Shown here in pieces: positions 27,717 to 37,529 of a DNA stretch of 64,000 bases; the first letter of the stretch is position 1; each line of letters starts with the position of its first letter. The position numbers and the translations under genes are program-made. The stretch comes from Thiotrichaceae bacterium (GTDB lineage: Bacteria > Pseudomonadota > Gammaproteobacteria > Beggiatoales > Beggiatoaceae), in contig JADGDF010000005.1 of NCBI GenBank assembly GCA_016745055.1, forward strand, positions 489 through 64,488, in the 5' to 3' direction. The notes beneath the pieces are model-generated. The model had not been told where the DNA came from. It made no database searches and saw only the letters and a list, made by a program, of their open reading frames with translations.

Positions 27717-29072
27717 TTAAATAAGTTGCTTAATCTCATGAGCCAAATCATTATCTCTATCCCTGTAATCAATACTCCCAGCCAAATGTTTTTCTCGTGT
27801 TACCATTTTTCTAATAATGCTCTGCCGACCGTCTAAAATAGCTGGGCTTTTATATTCTTGCCCCTTGTATTTTGGTTGACATTCCTTCCATACAGGGCCA
27901 ATTGTCTCCTCAATTATCTCTATCCTTAATTCTGGGGATAGTTTCTGAATTTTTTCAAATTGATGAGAGCTTTCTTTCTCCACGTCTTTCGGAGATTTAG
28001 GAATTCTTACATTTTCAGCAATATTCAAGTAAATTAGATTTTTTCCTTTGTGAATATTTGTTACCTCTATCCAAAAATCACCTTTCTGAGACTGATATAA
28101 AGGTTTAGTAAATTCTTTTTTAATTTCAATAATAACAGTTAAAACTGCTTGTTCAGTTATATCATAGGGTTTTGAAGTAATAAAAATAGGAAGTAACTTT
28201 TGTTCATTTTCATTTTCTTTACATATAATATAGCTTGAAACTTCGTAACGCTTGTTATCTTTTTTGCCATGATAAGTAGTTACAAAAAAATTCGAGTCTT
28301 TATCAATAGGAATATCTTGATCAACATTACGTATTTCAGCTTCATAACAAATAGTTTTAGCATTTTTATCTAAAGCCCTAACCAAAATTGTTTTTGATGG
28401 TGAAAATTTGTTTGAGATATCTTTACCGAAAATTACGATAAGGACATAATCATCTTTTTGTTTAATGCTTATATCACTTATATCGTTACATATAACATCG
28501 TAATTCTTTTCTTGAAAGTCAAAACTTTTTTGCAATTTCTTATAGAAATCTATAAAGTTAAGGTTAAACTTTCCACCTATCTTCGTATAAAGCTTTGTCC
28601 CTATATCTTCACAAAAAACCTTTATAGCATTAAGATATAAAAGGACTTCCCTGTATAAGTCTGAATTTTTTTGAGTGGTAATAATACTAGTTGCTTCTAT
28701 ATTTTTACCTCCTAAAGCATTATGCGTAAAATTTTGACTCCCTACCCAAATTTCTACTTGGTTATGTTCAAGCTCAAACACGATAAATTTTGAATGCATC
28801 AAAGGAAATCTTCCTGTTCCTTGTCTATAAAGAAACAGATAAATGTTTGCTCCTTTTTCTACAAAACTACTTAATGAATCAATATCTGTTGGTTGGTGTA
28901 TATCAACACAAAAATAAGAATCTTCATGAGCTAACTTTTCTGTCAATTCAGCAAAATAGCTTTTATCTATACTCCAAAATGCAACGGCTCCTTTTACAGA
29001 AATACATTTTGTTATAGATGTTTGCAGTCTATTTTTGATATTTCTATTTTCTTTAGATTGTAAAAATTCCAT
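27717..29072 (-). CDS. Phospholipase D-family (single HKD) nuclease-like protein with an uncharacterised C-terminal region
   Basis: 451-aa ORF. LMHSKFIVFELEHNQVEIWVGSQNFTHNAL = HxK(x)4[D/E]...GSxN within the first ~165 aa. The remainder is K/E/I-rich without recognisable motifs. Markedly AT-richer than its neighbours. Confidence 0.7.
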   Translation of the reverse strand: MEFLQSKENRNIKNRLQTSITKCISVKGAVAFWSIDKSYFAELTEKLAHEDSYFCVDIHQPTDIDSLSSFVEKGANIYLFLYRQGTGRFPLMHSKFIVFELEHNQVEIWVGSQNFTHNALGGKNIEATSIITTQKNSDLYREVLLYLNAIKVFCEDIGTKLYTKIGGKFNLNFIDFYKKLQKSFDFQEKNYDVICNDISDISIKQKDDYVLIVIFGKDISNKFSPSKTILVRALDKNAKTICYEAEIRNVDQDIPIDKDSNFFVTTYHGKKDNKRYEVSSYIICKENENEQKLLPIFITSKPYDITEQAVLTVIIEIKKEFTKPLYQSQKGDFWIEVTNIHKGKNLIYLNIAENVRIPKSPKDVEKESSHQFEKIQKLSPELRIEIIEETIGPVWKECQPKYKGQEYKSPAILDGRQSIIRKMVTREKHLAGSIDYRDRDNDLAHEIKQLI

Positions 29073-29107
29073 ATGTGTACCTAACCCATAAATATCAGTT
29101 TTCCCTC

Positions 29108-29130
29108 GTGACTACGCACTGCGTAGTCAC
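29108..29130. other. Perfect 11-bp-arm palindrome between the cbbO-like stop and the PLD-like start
   Basis: gtgactacgca-c-tgcgtagtcac. No adjacent U-tract on either strand. Confidence 0.6.
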
Positions 29131-29145
29131 ACCAATTTTTAAAAA

Positions 29146-31413
29146 CTATCCCGTCAAACTAATAAACAATTTTGGTAATTGTGCTGGCAACCTCTCAACT
29201 CTGTCAATCACCAAATATTGATTACCAAAAATCTGACTGACATATTCATCTGCTTTAGCATCTAGGTTAATGCAATAAGTGAAAATGCCTTTTTGATCTG
29301 CTTCTTGAACCGCTTTGTGAGCATCTTTAATCAATAATTTTTCATCTTGAACGTCAATATCTGATGGCTCACCATCGGTTAAAACGAGCAATAACTTTTT
29401 ATCGGCTTGACGTGCTGATAAATAGTGGGTGGCATGACGCAATGCTGCACCCATGCGGGTGGAGTAACCCGCTTGCATTGAAGCTAAACGTCCTTTGACA
29501 CTATCATCCCATTTTTCGGTATAGCCTTTAATATGTTGATAACGTACTTCATGGCGAGTATTGGAAGAGAAACCTGCAATGGCAAACTCATCTCCCAAAC
29601 GATCAACCGCCCAACCCAACAAGGCTACTGCTTCTTGACTAAGTTCCAAAATCGTTTGTTCACATCCTTCAGGAATACTAGCTACCGATTCGGATAAATC
29701 CAATAATAACATGACGGCAATATTACGCCCGTCATGACGATGGCTCATATTGATGCGTGGATCAGGATTTGCGCCTCCTTTGAAATCAATCAGGGAACGA
29801 ATTGCCACATCTAAATCCAGTTCACTCCCTTCTTCCTGGTAACGAATACGCACGTAATCTTGTGGCTTGAGCAAATCCAAAATACGTTTTAATCGACGTG
29901 CTGTGGCTTCATGCTTGGATAATAGCAAATCAATTATCATGGCATCACCTGGAGGGTGTAGACTTTCATACAAACTTACCCAATCAGGCCGATAGGTTTT
30001 AGTTTGGTAATCCCATTCTGGATAATGACGTGGCGGAAGTTTGTTGTTATCTTCATCACTGGCAACTTTTTTATTTTCTTGCTCAAAAAAATCTTCATCG
30101 TCACTTTCTTCAATAAATTTCCACATGTGACGATTATCATCGCGGTAAGTGACTTCAGTATCCGCAAAATAGACATTAGCAGCTAAATCTTGCTGACGAC
30201 GAGTACGAGCGATAAAAGAGACAGCTAATTCAGCAACCGCTTTGGTGCTAGCATCACCGGTCTTCATGGTTTTGTGAAAATGTTGCACCGCTTCAAGAAT
30301 ATCCGGATTTTGATAGCCATGATTTTCATTTAATACTGCATAAGACAGCATTGCTAAACGATGTAAAATACAAGATTCTTTTTCTGGATTACATCCATGC
30401 TCATCAGGTGCCGGATGCAAAGCTAACCACAAATGACGTAAGCCGGGGTATTCTTGCATGGCAAGCCATTCAACACGGCTATCTTCAAAAATTTCAATGG
30501 CTACGCGCTGAAAAGGGCTGTAATTATCAGCAATAATGGCTGTTGTCCACCGTTTATGGGCAGCGACATGTGCCAATAAAGCTCGGTATCGATTAATACC
30601 TTTGATCTCTGCGAGATCGTCGTAAACATCAGGTACACGAATACCCAAACTATCGTAATAAGGTACAGGTCGGCGCAATTCGCTAAAGCCTTCAGAATAA
30701 GGCACCAGATGCTCTTTAGATTCCCATAAGGCTCGCAAGTATAAATCTAATTGACGTTCATGGTCTGCGAGTAAAGTGCCATGTCTCTCGCGCTGCAAAA
30801 CTGCCCGACTATCCGCCGATTGCAAACTAAAATAATCTCTTTGCCGATCAGGGTGAGTACTGTAATTACGAATACCATATTCCATCCAATTCTTTAGCCC
30901 TTCTAATGACAATTGATTTAATAAATAAGGACTTTGGTTTAACATTTCTGGTAAACCTGGACTGGGAAAAGTCGCAGATTGATTACCATGAATTGATGTG
31001 CTGGTTTGCTCCATCAAATCAAAAATTAGTTTGATATAATGGAAAAAAGCTTCTGGGGCACCCAATCGCCGTGAGGCTTCAGGTAAACTTTGCATGAACG
31101 GTAAAATCGCTTTACCATTTGGGCTTCGAGACATTTTCCATACAGATTCTGAAACTAAAGACAACGTTATTTCACCCAAACGGTCGGCAATTCCAGGCAT
31201 TTCTTCCAGATAAACTAACACGGGTTCAAAGCCGCGCCCGATTTTACACACAAGTGAAGCGCCGTCCAGATATTCTTCAATGCCTTCGGCCGAAAGCATG
31301 ACTTCAGCTTCTGTCATGCAATCAGCAAACACATCATCAAGTTGTTTGAAGTTGCAGGTCAATTTTTGACGGTAAGTGTCTTCGTTGGAAGGTGTTGTTT
31401 GCGCCAGTGACAT
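29146..31413 (-). CDS. cbbO: CbbO/NorD-family von Willebrand factor A protein (Rubisco-activase CbbQO adaptor-like)
   Basis: 755-aa ORF. The long N-terminal region is typical of CbbO in size. C-terminal VWA domain with MIDAS LLLDLSES and LLLVLTDGEPSD. No MoxR/CbbQ ATPase gene adjacent. Confidence 0.7.
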   Translation of the reverse strand: MSLAQTTPSNEDTYRQKLTCNFKQLDDVFADCMTEAEVMLSAEGIEEYLDGASLVCKIGRGFEPVLVYLEEMPGIADRLGEITLSLVSESVWKMSRSPNGKAILPFMQSLPEASRRLGAPEAFFHYIKLIFDLMEQTSTSIHGNQSATFPSPGLPEMLNQSPYLLNQLSLEGLKNWMEYGIRNYSTHPDRQRDYFSLQSADSRAVLQRERHGTLLADHERQLDLYLRALWESKEHLVPYSEGFSELRRPVPYYDSLGIRVPDVYDDLAEIKGINRYRALLAHVAAHKRWTTAIIADNYSPFQRVAIEIFEDSRVEWLAMQEYPGLRHLWLALHPAPDEHGCNPEKESCILHRLAMLSYAVLNENHGYQNPDILEAVQHFHKTMKTGDASTKAVAELAVSFIARTRRQQDLAANVYFADTEVTYRDDNRHMWKFIEESDDEDFFEQENKKVASDEDNNKLPPRHYPEWDYQTKTYRPDWVSLYESLHPPGDAMIIDLLLSKHEATARRLKRILDLLKPQDYVRIRYQEEGSELDLDVAIRSLIDFKGGANPDPRINMSHRHDGRNIAVMLLLDLSESVASIPEGCEQTILELSQEAVALLGWAVDRLGDEFAIAGFSSNTRHEVRYQHIKGYTEKWDDSVKGRLASMQAGYSTRMGAALRHATHYLSARQADKKLLLVLTDGEPSDIDVQDEKLLIKDAHKAVQEADQKGIFTYCINLDAKADEYVSQIFGNQYLVIDRVERLPAQLPKLFISLTG

Positions 31414-32091
31414 GAGGCATCCTTAGCAGATTAAGTGGTTGTTTATATAGTGTTCTTTTTAATATGTAACTAAATGTTGAGGTGTAATTTAAAATTTTTT
31501 AGCATTTAAATGATTTAATTACCACTCATATAGCCCATGAATCAATTAGTTTTGTAACTGAATATTCAAATTTAATTGCTTGCATAATTATTTCTTAAAC
31601 TAATGAAAAATAAAAATTTTTCTTGTCATTTAGAATAGAATTATTTATTTCTTGTGGTTTTTAGCATTAGGAAAGTAATCTGCACAAATATTATTGTACC
31701 TTCAACTTTCAAGCCTGTCTTGGTAATCTTAATTCAGTATACCTCTTACTTTTATACGAAAGCCATCAATATCATTTGCAGTCATATATAGACATTAAAA
31801 ATTTTATATTTAACATAAGTAACCAGACGGTTTTTATCTAACCCATTGTAAAATAAGTTTAATGAGAAAATAGCTTATTTATGATTATTAATATTTATTA
31901 ATATTATATTAAAATAATAATCAAAGTTACATTGACATTTTAATATCCATGTAACTATATTTTTATGTATGGACATACTTCTTATTAACTGAAATCTATT
32001 TTATATCAACTAGTATGTATTTTAGCTAATTGAAACTAATTAAGATAATTTTTATAAGAAAAAAGGTCTAACACAAATACAGGAAATTATT

Positions 32092-32895
32092 ATGTCGATA
32101 ACAAAATCAAGAGCACTGAGATCCTCAGTGCTAGGAATTACTGCATTAGCAACCAATGCCGTTTGGGGCAAAGGAGGCACTAACATTGAGGATGGTCTAG
32201 GTGTAGGTTTTTTGACATTAGAAGAAATACCAGGACAAAATGTTGCTGTTTGTTTACAACAATCTAATACTGGTAAAAGTAGTAATAATAGCAATAACTA
32301 CAATGATGATAAAGGAGGTGTCCTACCTGATGCATTGTCTATCGTCGTTGATCCCTTTGAAGGCAATACGATCAAGATGCTCTTTACTATCTCAGAAATG
32401 ATTGCTTCAGATGAAAATCGTGTTTTAGTCTTGATTTACAGCACTAAAAGTTCACCCACTCCGCAAATGCGTTCACATCTAAGTAGTCCACCACTAGGTC
32501 TTGATTTGGAAGAGATGCAAATTATGGGATTTTACAATATTCCCGCAATTCAACTGGAACCGCAAGAATCTACTGAATTGGGTATTGCAAATCCACGTCC
32601 TACATCGGTAGTCACAGTGAATTTCAACTTTGATACAAGTAAGTTAGTTGAAAAGATAAATGCAGGCAACAACACTATCTATGTTCAAGCAGCCATGATC
32701 AAAGCGTCGGACTTTGAAAATAATGACTTTGACAATATGATTTTATCTGAAATGGACACGCTACAATTTGTAAAAGAGTGTCCAACTAATGTCCGAGTTT
32801 ATAAAGCTGATAATAATGGCTATGTAACTTCTTCTGGTTCTAAAACTAGCACTGGTGAGCGTCCCCCTTCCTCTAACATTTCTCAAGGGAAGTGA
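32092..32895 (+). CDS. Hypothetical, probably secreted protein with an Asn/Ser-rich low-complexity segment
   Basis: 267-aa ORF. N-terminal basic + hydrophobic stretch SRALRSSVLGITALATNAVWG resembling a signal peptide. AT-rich surroundings. Confidence 0.4.
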   Translation: MSITKSRALRSSVLGITALATNAVWGKGGTNIEDGLGVGFLTLEEIPGQNVAVCLQQSNTGKSSNNSNNYNDDKGGVLPDALSIVVDPFEGNTIKMLFTISEMIASDENRVLVLIYSTKSSPTPQMRSHLSSPPLGLDLEEMQIMGFYNIPAIQLEPQESTELGIANPRPTSVVTVNFNFDTSKLVEKINAGNNTIYVQAAMIKASDFENNDFDNMILSEMDTLQFVKECPTNVRVYKADNNGYVTSSGSKTSTGERPPSSNISQGK

Positions 32896-33025
32896 TTAGT
32901 TAGGTCTTAATTGTTATTATTTTGGTAGTTTTGTATAAGATGGTGATTCGACATCTTATTTCAGAACTACCACGATTTTCAGAGTACAAGTATTTAGTGT
33001 TTTTTAATTTAGGAAAGAACTCAGT

Positions 33026-33721
33026 ATGATCACTTCTAATCATGGACGTACTATTTCAATACGTGAAACAACGCCAGACGATGCTTCAGTATTGCAACAA
33101 GCTTACTCAAATCAAACATTCATTCGTTTGTACCGTTCTAATCACATATTACAGTCAGAAGAAAAACTGCACAAAATATTAGTTGAAAGAGCCAAATACT
33201 CACCTGAAGAACAAAGCTATATTGAGTTTTTGATAGTACATTACCAACACGGCCCCATTGGAATTGCTGCTTTAGCAGATTACTCTGAACTACATCATCG
33301 GGCGGAATATTTAATAGGTATTTTTGATGAAAAACATCGCTGTGGTCAGAATGCTTTAGAAGCAAGTTTACTTACATTTGATTTAGCCTTCAATGTTTAT
33401 AATATTAATAAGCTTTATACTTATGTCTATGAATACAATGATTTTGCTGAAAAAAATACTGTTAACCTTGGTTTTACAAAAGAAGGGATGTTAAAAAATC
33501 ACCATTACCTTATTCATGACAAACGATTTGTTTCTCTAAATATGAATGGTCTTGTGGTTGATGATTTTCGTAAAAGTAAAAGACTCTGTAGGTTATCTCT
33601 AAAAGTTTTGGGTAGAAATATTACCCATCCTTATAAAGAAGTCAAAGCAATTCCCATGAAAAATGAGCTAATGACTAAACAAACAGTTGCAGAATTAACT
33701 AAAAAAATGCGTACTATGTAA
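33026..33721 (+). CDS. GNAT-family N-acetyltransferase (RimL/Acetyltransf_3-like)
   Basis: 231-aa ORF. ISIRETTPDDASVLQ...FLIVH....PIGIAAL.D......RAEYLIGIF....RCGQNALEA, consistent with the GNAT beta4-alpha3 core. Confidence 0.55.
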   Translation: MITSNHGRTISIRETTPDDASVLQQAYSNQTFIRLYRSNHILQSEEKLHKILVERAKYSPEEQSYIEFLIVHYQHGPIGIAALADYSELHHRAEYLIGIFDEKHRCGQNALEASLLTFDLAFNVYNINKLYTYVYEYNDFAEKNTVNLGFTKEGMLKNHHYLIHDKRFVSLNMNGLVVDDFRKSKRLCRLSLKVLGRNITHPYKEVKAIPMKNELMTKQTVAELTKKMRTM

Positions 33722-34163
33722 GGCTTTGTTATATTTCCGCTCAACAACATAGAAAATTTCACGTTATAATAATCAACGAATACATTGTATGTAAAAATAG
33801 TCATCCTTTAAAATTATTGTTTATCTCAACCATTTTTTATCAAAGATGATAGTTTAAGAGCTGCAAGAGGAATAACGTACAGTGGGAGCGGGTCTCATTT
33901 TTTATTTTGATACAAGATAAAACTAAATGTATCTACACAAAATATGTATCAAGTTAAGCCTTAGAATTGTTGAGCATTTGATCAACTGAATTCAATTTAG
34001 CTTTACGCCGATTAACCGAAGGTTGGTATAAAAATTGTTGTGAAATATTTCTCAAATGTCTTTCAAGGTTACAACCAGTTGCTCATAATTACTTATGCCT
34101 TAACTTGTTGTTATAAAATAAATTCGCTATAGTTTATGTTTAACCTTGACATGGCTGTGTGCG

Positions 34164-34718
34164 ATGACTTTCCCTATTAGTGATGTAACTTTACTACTTA
34201 AAGCACTGCAATTTTCTGCAGATAAACACCGTTATCAACGTCGTAAAGATGCTGATGCCATCCCATATATTAACCATCCGATTGAAGTCGCCATGACATT
34301 ATGGGAAATTGGTCAAGTTTACGACATTTCAACGATAGCGGCTGCCTTATTGCATGATACGATTGAAGATACTAACGCAACCTCCGAAGAAATCGCACAA
34401 TTATTTGGCAATGAAGTACATTCTATTGTATTAGAAGTGACAGATGACAAAAATTTGCCTAAATTAGAGCGTAAACGTTTACAAGTTGTGACTGCTCCTC
34501 ATAAAACCATTCAGGCTAAACAACTTAAATTAGCGGATAAGGCTTGTAATATTCGCGATATTATGAATTCTCCACCTCAAAGCTGGTCACGCCAACGTTG
34601 TCAGGAATATGTGCTTTGGAGTGAACAGGTAGTGGCTGGATTACGCGGTGTAAATAAGTTTTTGGAGGATTATTACGATATTTTACTTGTTCAAGCGAAA
34701 CAGGCTTTGGATGATTAG
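34164..34718 (+). CDS. HD-domain small (p)ppGpp hydrolase-like protein (SpoT/Mesh1-type, HD_4)
   Basis: LLKALQFSADKHRYQRRKD....PYINHPIEVAMTLWE and AALLHDTIEDT, the RelA/SpoT hydrolase-domain signatures. ATG at 34164 (the track TTG at 34146 is less likely). Confidence 0.75.
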   Translation: MTFPISDVTLLLKALQFSADKHRYQRRKDADAIPYINHPIEVAMTLWEIGQVYDISTIAAALLHDTIEDTNATSEEIAQLFGNEVHSIVLEVTDDKNLPKLERKRLQVVTAPHKTIQAKQLKLADKACNIRDIMNSPPQSWSRQRCQEYVLWSEQVVAGLRGVNKFLEDYYDILLVQAKQALDD

Positions 34719-34723
34719 AGACT

Positions 34724-34743
34724 GGTGTGCAAAAGGGCACACC
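34724..34743. terminator. Hairpin shared by the convergent HD-hydrolase and hemC genes
   Basis: ggtgtgc-aaaagg-gcacacc in the 33-bp gap between the two stop codons. Confidence 0.5.
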
Positions 34744-34751
34744 CACAAACA

Positions 34752-35684
34752 TCAATGATCAAGTAAAGATTTTAGTAGCTCTTTTGCACCTTGTGCGATT
34801 AAATCATCGGCCAGTTTCCATCCTAAGTGCTTTGCCTCAGAAGAATCACCTTTAACTTCCCCGCGTAAAACTTGCTTACCCTGAAGATCAGCAACTAATC
34901 CACGTAAATATAACTGATTGTCTTGGTTAACAACTGCAAATCCACCAATAGGCACTTGACAACTGCCACCTAAACGACCATTCATTGCTCTTTCTGCAAT
35001 GACACGTTGCTGTGTTATTTCATCATTCAGTGGTGCAATTAATTGTAAGGTTTCATGATCAGCTTTCCGACATTCAATGCCAATCGCGCCTTGGCCAATC
35101 GCAGGTAACATCACTTCTGGAGGAATCACATGTCGAATGCGATCTTCCATACCTAAACGTTGCAATCCAGCTGCCGCTAGAATAATTGCATCAAATTCAC
35201 CACTATCCAACTTACCTAAACGCGTACCTACATTACCGCGTAGAGATTTAATTTGTAAATCAGGACGTGCAATGAGTAATTGGCTTTGACGCCGTAAACT
35301 AGAGGTACCCACCACTGCATTTTGAGGTAAATTTTCTAAATGATCATAGTGTGGCGATACGAAGGCATCATAGGGTTCTTCGCGTTGCATAATCACGGCT
35401 AAGGTTAAACCATCAGGAAATTCCACAGGCACATCTTTCATAGAATGCACAGCAATATCTGCGTGTTTATCAAGTAAACCTTGTTCTAATTCTTTGACAA
35501 ATAAACCCTTTCCGCCAATTTTGGCCAAGGGAGTATCTAAAATTTTATCACCCTTGGTGCTCATTTCAACAAGGTCAACTTGTAAGTCAGGATGCTCCTT
35601 GCAAAGAGCTGATTTAACATGATTGGCTTGCCATAAAGCAAGTGGGCTTTTGCGGGTTGCAATGCGAATAATTTGTTTTGGCAT
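34752..35684 (-). CDS. hemC: Hydroxymethylbilane synthase (porphobilinogen deaminase)
   Basis: [51 protein letters not shown], conserved dipyrromethane Cys (GGSCQVPIG). Confidence 0.95.
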   Translation of the reverse strand: MPKQIIRIATRKSPLALWQANHVKSALCKEHPDLQVDLVEMSTKGDKILDTPLAKIGGKGLFVKELEQGLLDKHADIAVHSMKDVPVEFPDGLTLAVIMQREEPYDAFVSPHYDHLENLPQNAVVGTSSLRRQSQLLIARPDLQIKSLRGNVGTRLGKLDSGEFDAIILAAAGLQRLGMEDRIRHVIPPEVMLPAIGQGAIGIECRKADHETLQLIAPLNDEITQQRVIAERAMNGRLGGSCQVPIGGFAVVNQDNQLYLRGLVADLQGKQVLRGEVKGDSSEAKHLGWKLADDLIAQGAKELLKSLLDH

Positions 35685-35845
35685 AGGTCTTTACTTAATA
35701 AAATTAAATAATATTTGCAGTAATTAACGAATTATAGTTTATTTTCCAATATATTCCACATGCATTTGTTTATACTTGGGACAAATCATGTCAATTGAAT
35801 ATATGAAAGTGAGAGTAAAACTTGGACAGAATAAAAATTTACGCG

Positions 35846-35899
35846 GGAGCAGGTTTGTAACCTGTTCCCAAATGTTGTGAACGGGGTTACAAATTCTTG
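35846..35899 (+). repeat. About 55-nt structured intergenic repeat (GCAGGTTTGTAAC family), copy 3
   Basis: gggagcaggtttgtaacctgttcccaaatgttgtgaacggggttacaaattcttg. Stem GGGAGCAGG/CCTGTTCCC (1 mismatch), and TTTGTAACC is also complementary to GGTTACAAA further 3'. Lies just downstream of the rng 3' end. Confidence 0.7.
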
Positions 35900-35927
35900 A
35901 GTTTTACTGTTTATTTTGAACTGCTGA

Positions 35928-37529
35928 TTAAGTTAATACAATATCAAACTGTTCCTGCGAATAAGAAGATTCTACTTGAAATTTTATCGTTCTACCAATG
36001 AATTCCTCTAACTCTGCTACGCTGGTTGACTGTTCATCCAACAATAAATCCACCACCTCTTGAGAAGCAAGCACCAAAAATTGTTGTGCGTCAAATTGTC
36101 TAAATTCCCTTAATATTTCTCGAAAAATTTCATAGCAAATTGTCTCAGCCGTTTTAATCGAACCACGTCCATGACAAGTAGGACAAACTTCACATAACAC
36201 ATGTTCCAAACTTTCTCGTGTACGCTTACGGGTCATTTGAACTAATCCCAATTGGGAAACATCACTAATGTGACTTTTGGTATGATCTTTTTCCAGTGAT
36301 TTCTCTAAAGTTCTCAACACTTGACGTTTATGCTCAGAATTGACCATATCAATAAAGTCAACAATAATAATGCCACCCAAATTACGTAATCGCAGTTGAC
36401 GAGCAATTGCTTGAGCCGATTCTAAATTGGTTTTAAAAATGGTTTCTTCTAAATTACGCGCACCAACAAATGCACCAGTGTTCACGTCAATAGTTGTCAT
36501 GGCTTCTGTTTGATCGATGACCAAATATCCACCAGATTTTAGATAAACTTTACGCTCTAACGCTTTATTAATTTCATCTTCTATCCCGTAAAGGTCAAAA
36601 ATAGGTCGCTCGCCAGGGTAGTATTCAATGCAAGAAGTCACGTTGGGAATGAATTTATTCGCAAAATCAATCACTTTTTTATAAGCCACACGAGAATCAA
36701 TACGCACTTTTTCAACATTAGTACCCATTAAATCCCTGACAGTGCGTAAGATTAACCACAAATCCTGATAAACCAAAGTACAGGGGGGAATGCCTAATTC
36801 TTTATCCTTTATATCCTTCCACAAACGACACAAAAAATCCATGTCTGCGCACAACATTTTGCTACTAGCACCCTCAGCCACAGTACGAATTATAAATCCA
36901 TAATAACTAGAGTTTTCTACAGATTCAGAAGCCAGTAAATCGGTGGTAAATTCGATATTTGATGCGTAAGCCTTAATAAATAAACCTTTCTCGCTTTGCA
37001 ATTCTGTTTGAGCTGGCGGTTCAATCATGCCCATTTGTTGTAAAACAGTTTGTTTCAGCCGTTTTCGCTCATCTTCATTATCAATGCGGGTCGAAATACC
37101 AATTGTGCCAGGCGAGTAAGGAATAAATACCACATAACGAGAAGGGATAGAGATTTCAGTCGTTAGACGTGCGCCTTTGGTGCCAAGCGGGTCTTTAATC
37201 ACTTGCACTAATAAAGTTTGGCCTTCATGGACCAATTGATTAACAGCGATTTCTTTATGATTACGACTATTTTCCGACAGGGTATGATTGGTTAATAAAC
37301 GGGTATTCATAATATCTGAGGCGTGGAGAAAAGCTGCTCTTTCCAATCCAATATCCACAAAAGCAGCCTGCATGCCAGGTAAAACTCTACAGATTTTACC
37401 TTTATAAATATTACCTACTAAGCCTCGCTTACTGGTTCTTTCAATAACTACTTCTTGTAAAACGCCATTTTCAACCATTGCCACACGGGTTTCGTGGGGC
37501 GTAACGTTGATGAGAATTTCCTCACTCAT
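35928..37529 (-). CDS. rng: Ribonuclease G (RNase E/G family)
   Basis: 533-aa ORF. S1 domain GNIYKGKICRVLPGMQAAFVDIGLERAAFLH, DNase I-like/5' sensor blocks, GGYLVIDQTEAMTTIDVNTG, GGIIIVDFIDM, CPTCHGRG zinc link. Confidence 0.9.
   Translation of the reverse strand: MSEEILINVTPHETRVAMVENGVLQEVVIERTSKRGLVGNIYKGKICRVLPGMQAAFVDIGLERAAFLHASDIMNTRLLTNHTLSENSRNHKEIAVNQLVHEGQTLLVQVIKDPLGTKGARLTTEISIPSRYVVFIPYSPGTIGISTRIDNEDERKRLKQTVLQQMGMIEPPAQTELQSEKGLFIKAYASNIEFTTDLLASESVENSSYYGFIIRTVAEGASSKMLCADMDFLCRLWKDIKDKELGIPPCTLVYQDLWLILRTVRDLMGTNVEKVRIDSRVAYKKVIDFANKFIPNVTSCIEYYPGERPIFDLYGIEDEINKALERKVYLKSGGYLVIDQTEAMTTIDVNTGAFVGARNLEETIFKTNLESAQAIARQLRLRNLGGIIIVDFIDMVNSEHKRQVLRTLEKSLEKDHTKSHISDVSQLGLVQMTRKRTRESLEHVLCEVCPTCHGRGSIKTAETICYEIFREILREFRQFDAQQFLVLASQEVVDLLLDEQSTSVAELEEFIGRTIKFQVESSYSQEQFDIVLT

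Noticed and set aside
31981-32000. A search for the TAACTGA heptamer direct repeats reported for some large sulfur bacteria
   Set aside because: Only isolated single occurrences were seen (for example near 31988). No tandem heptamer arrays are present in this window.
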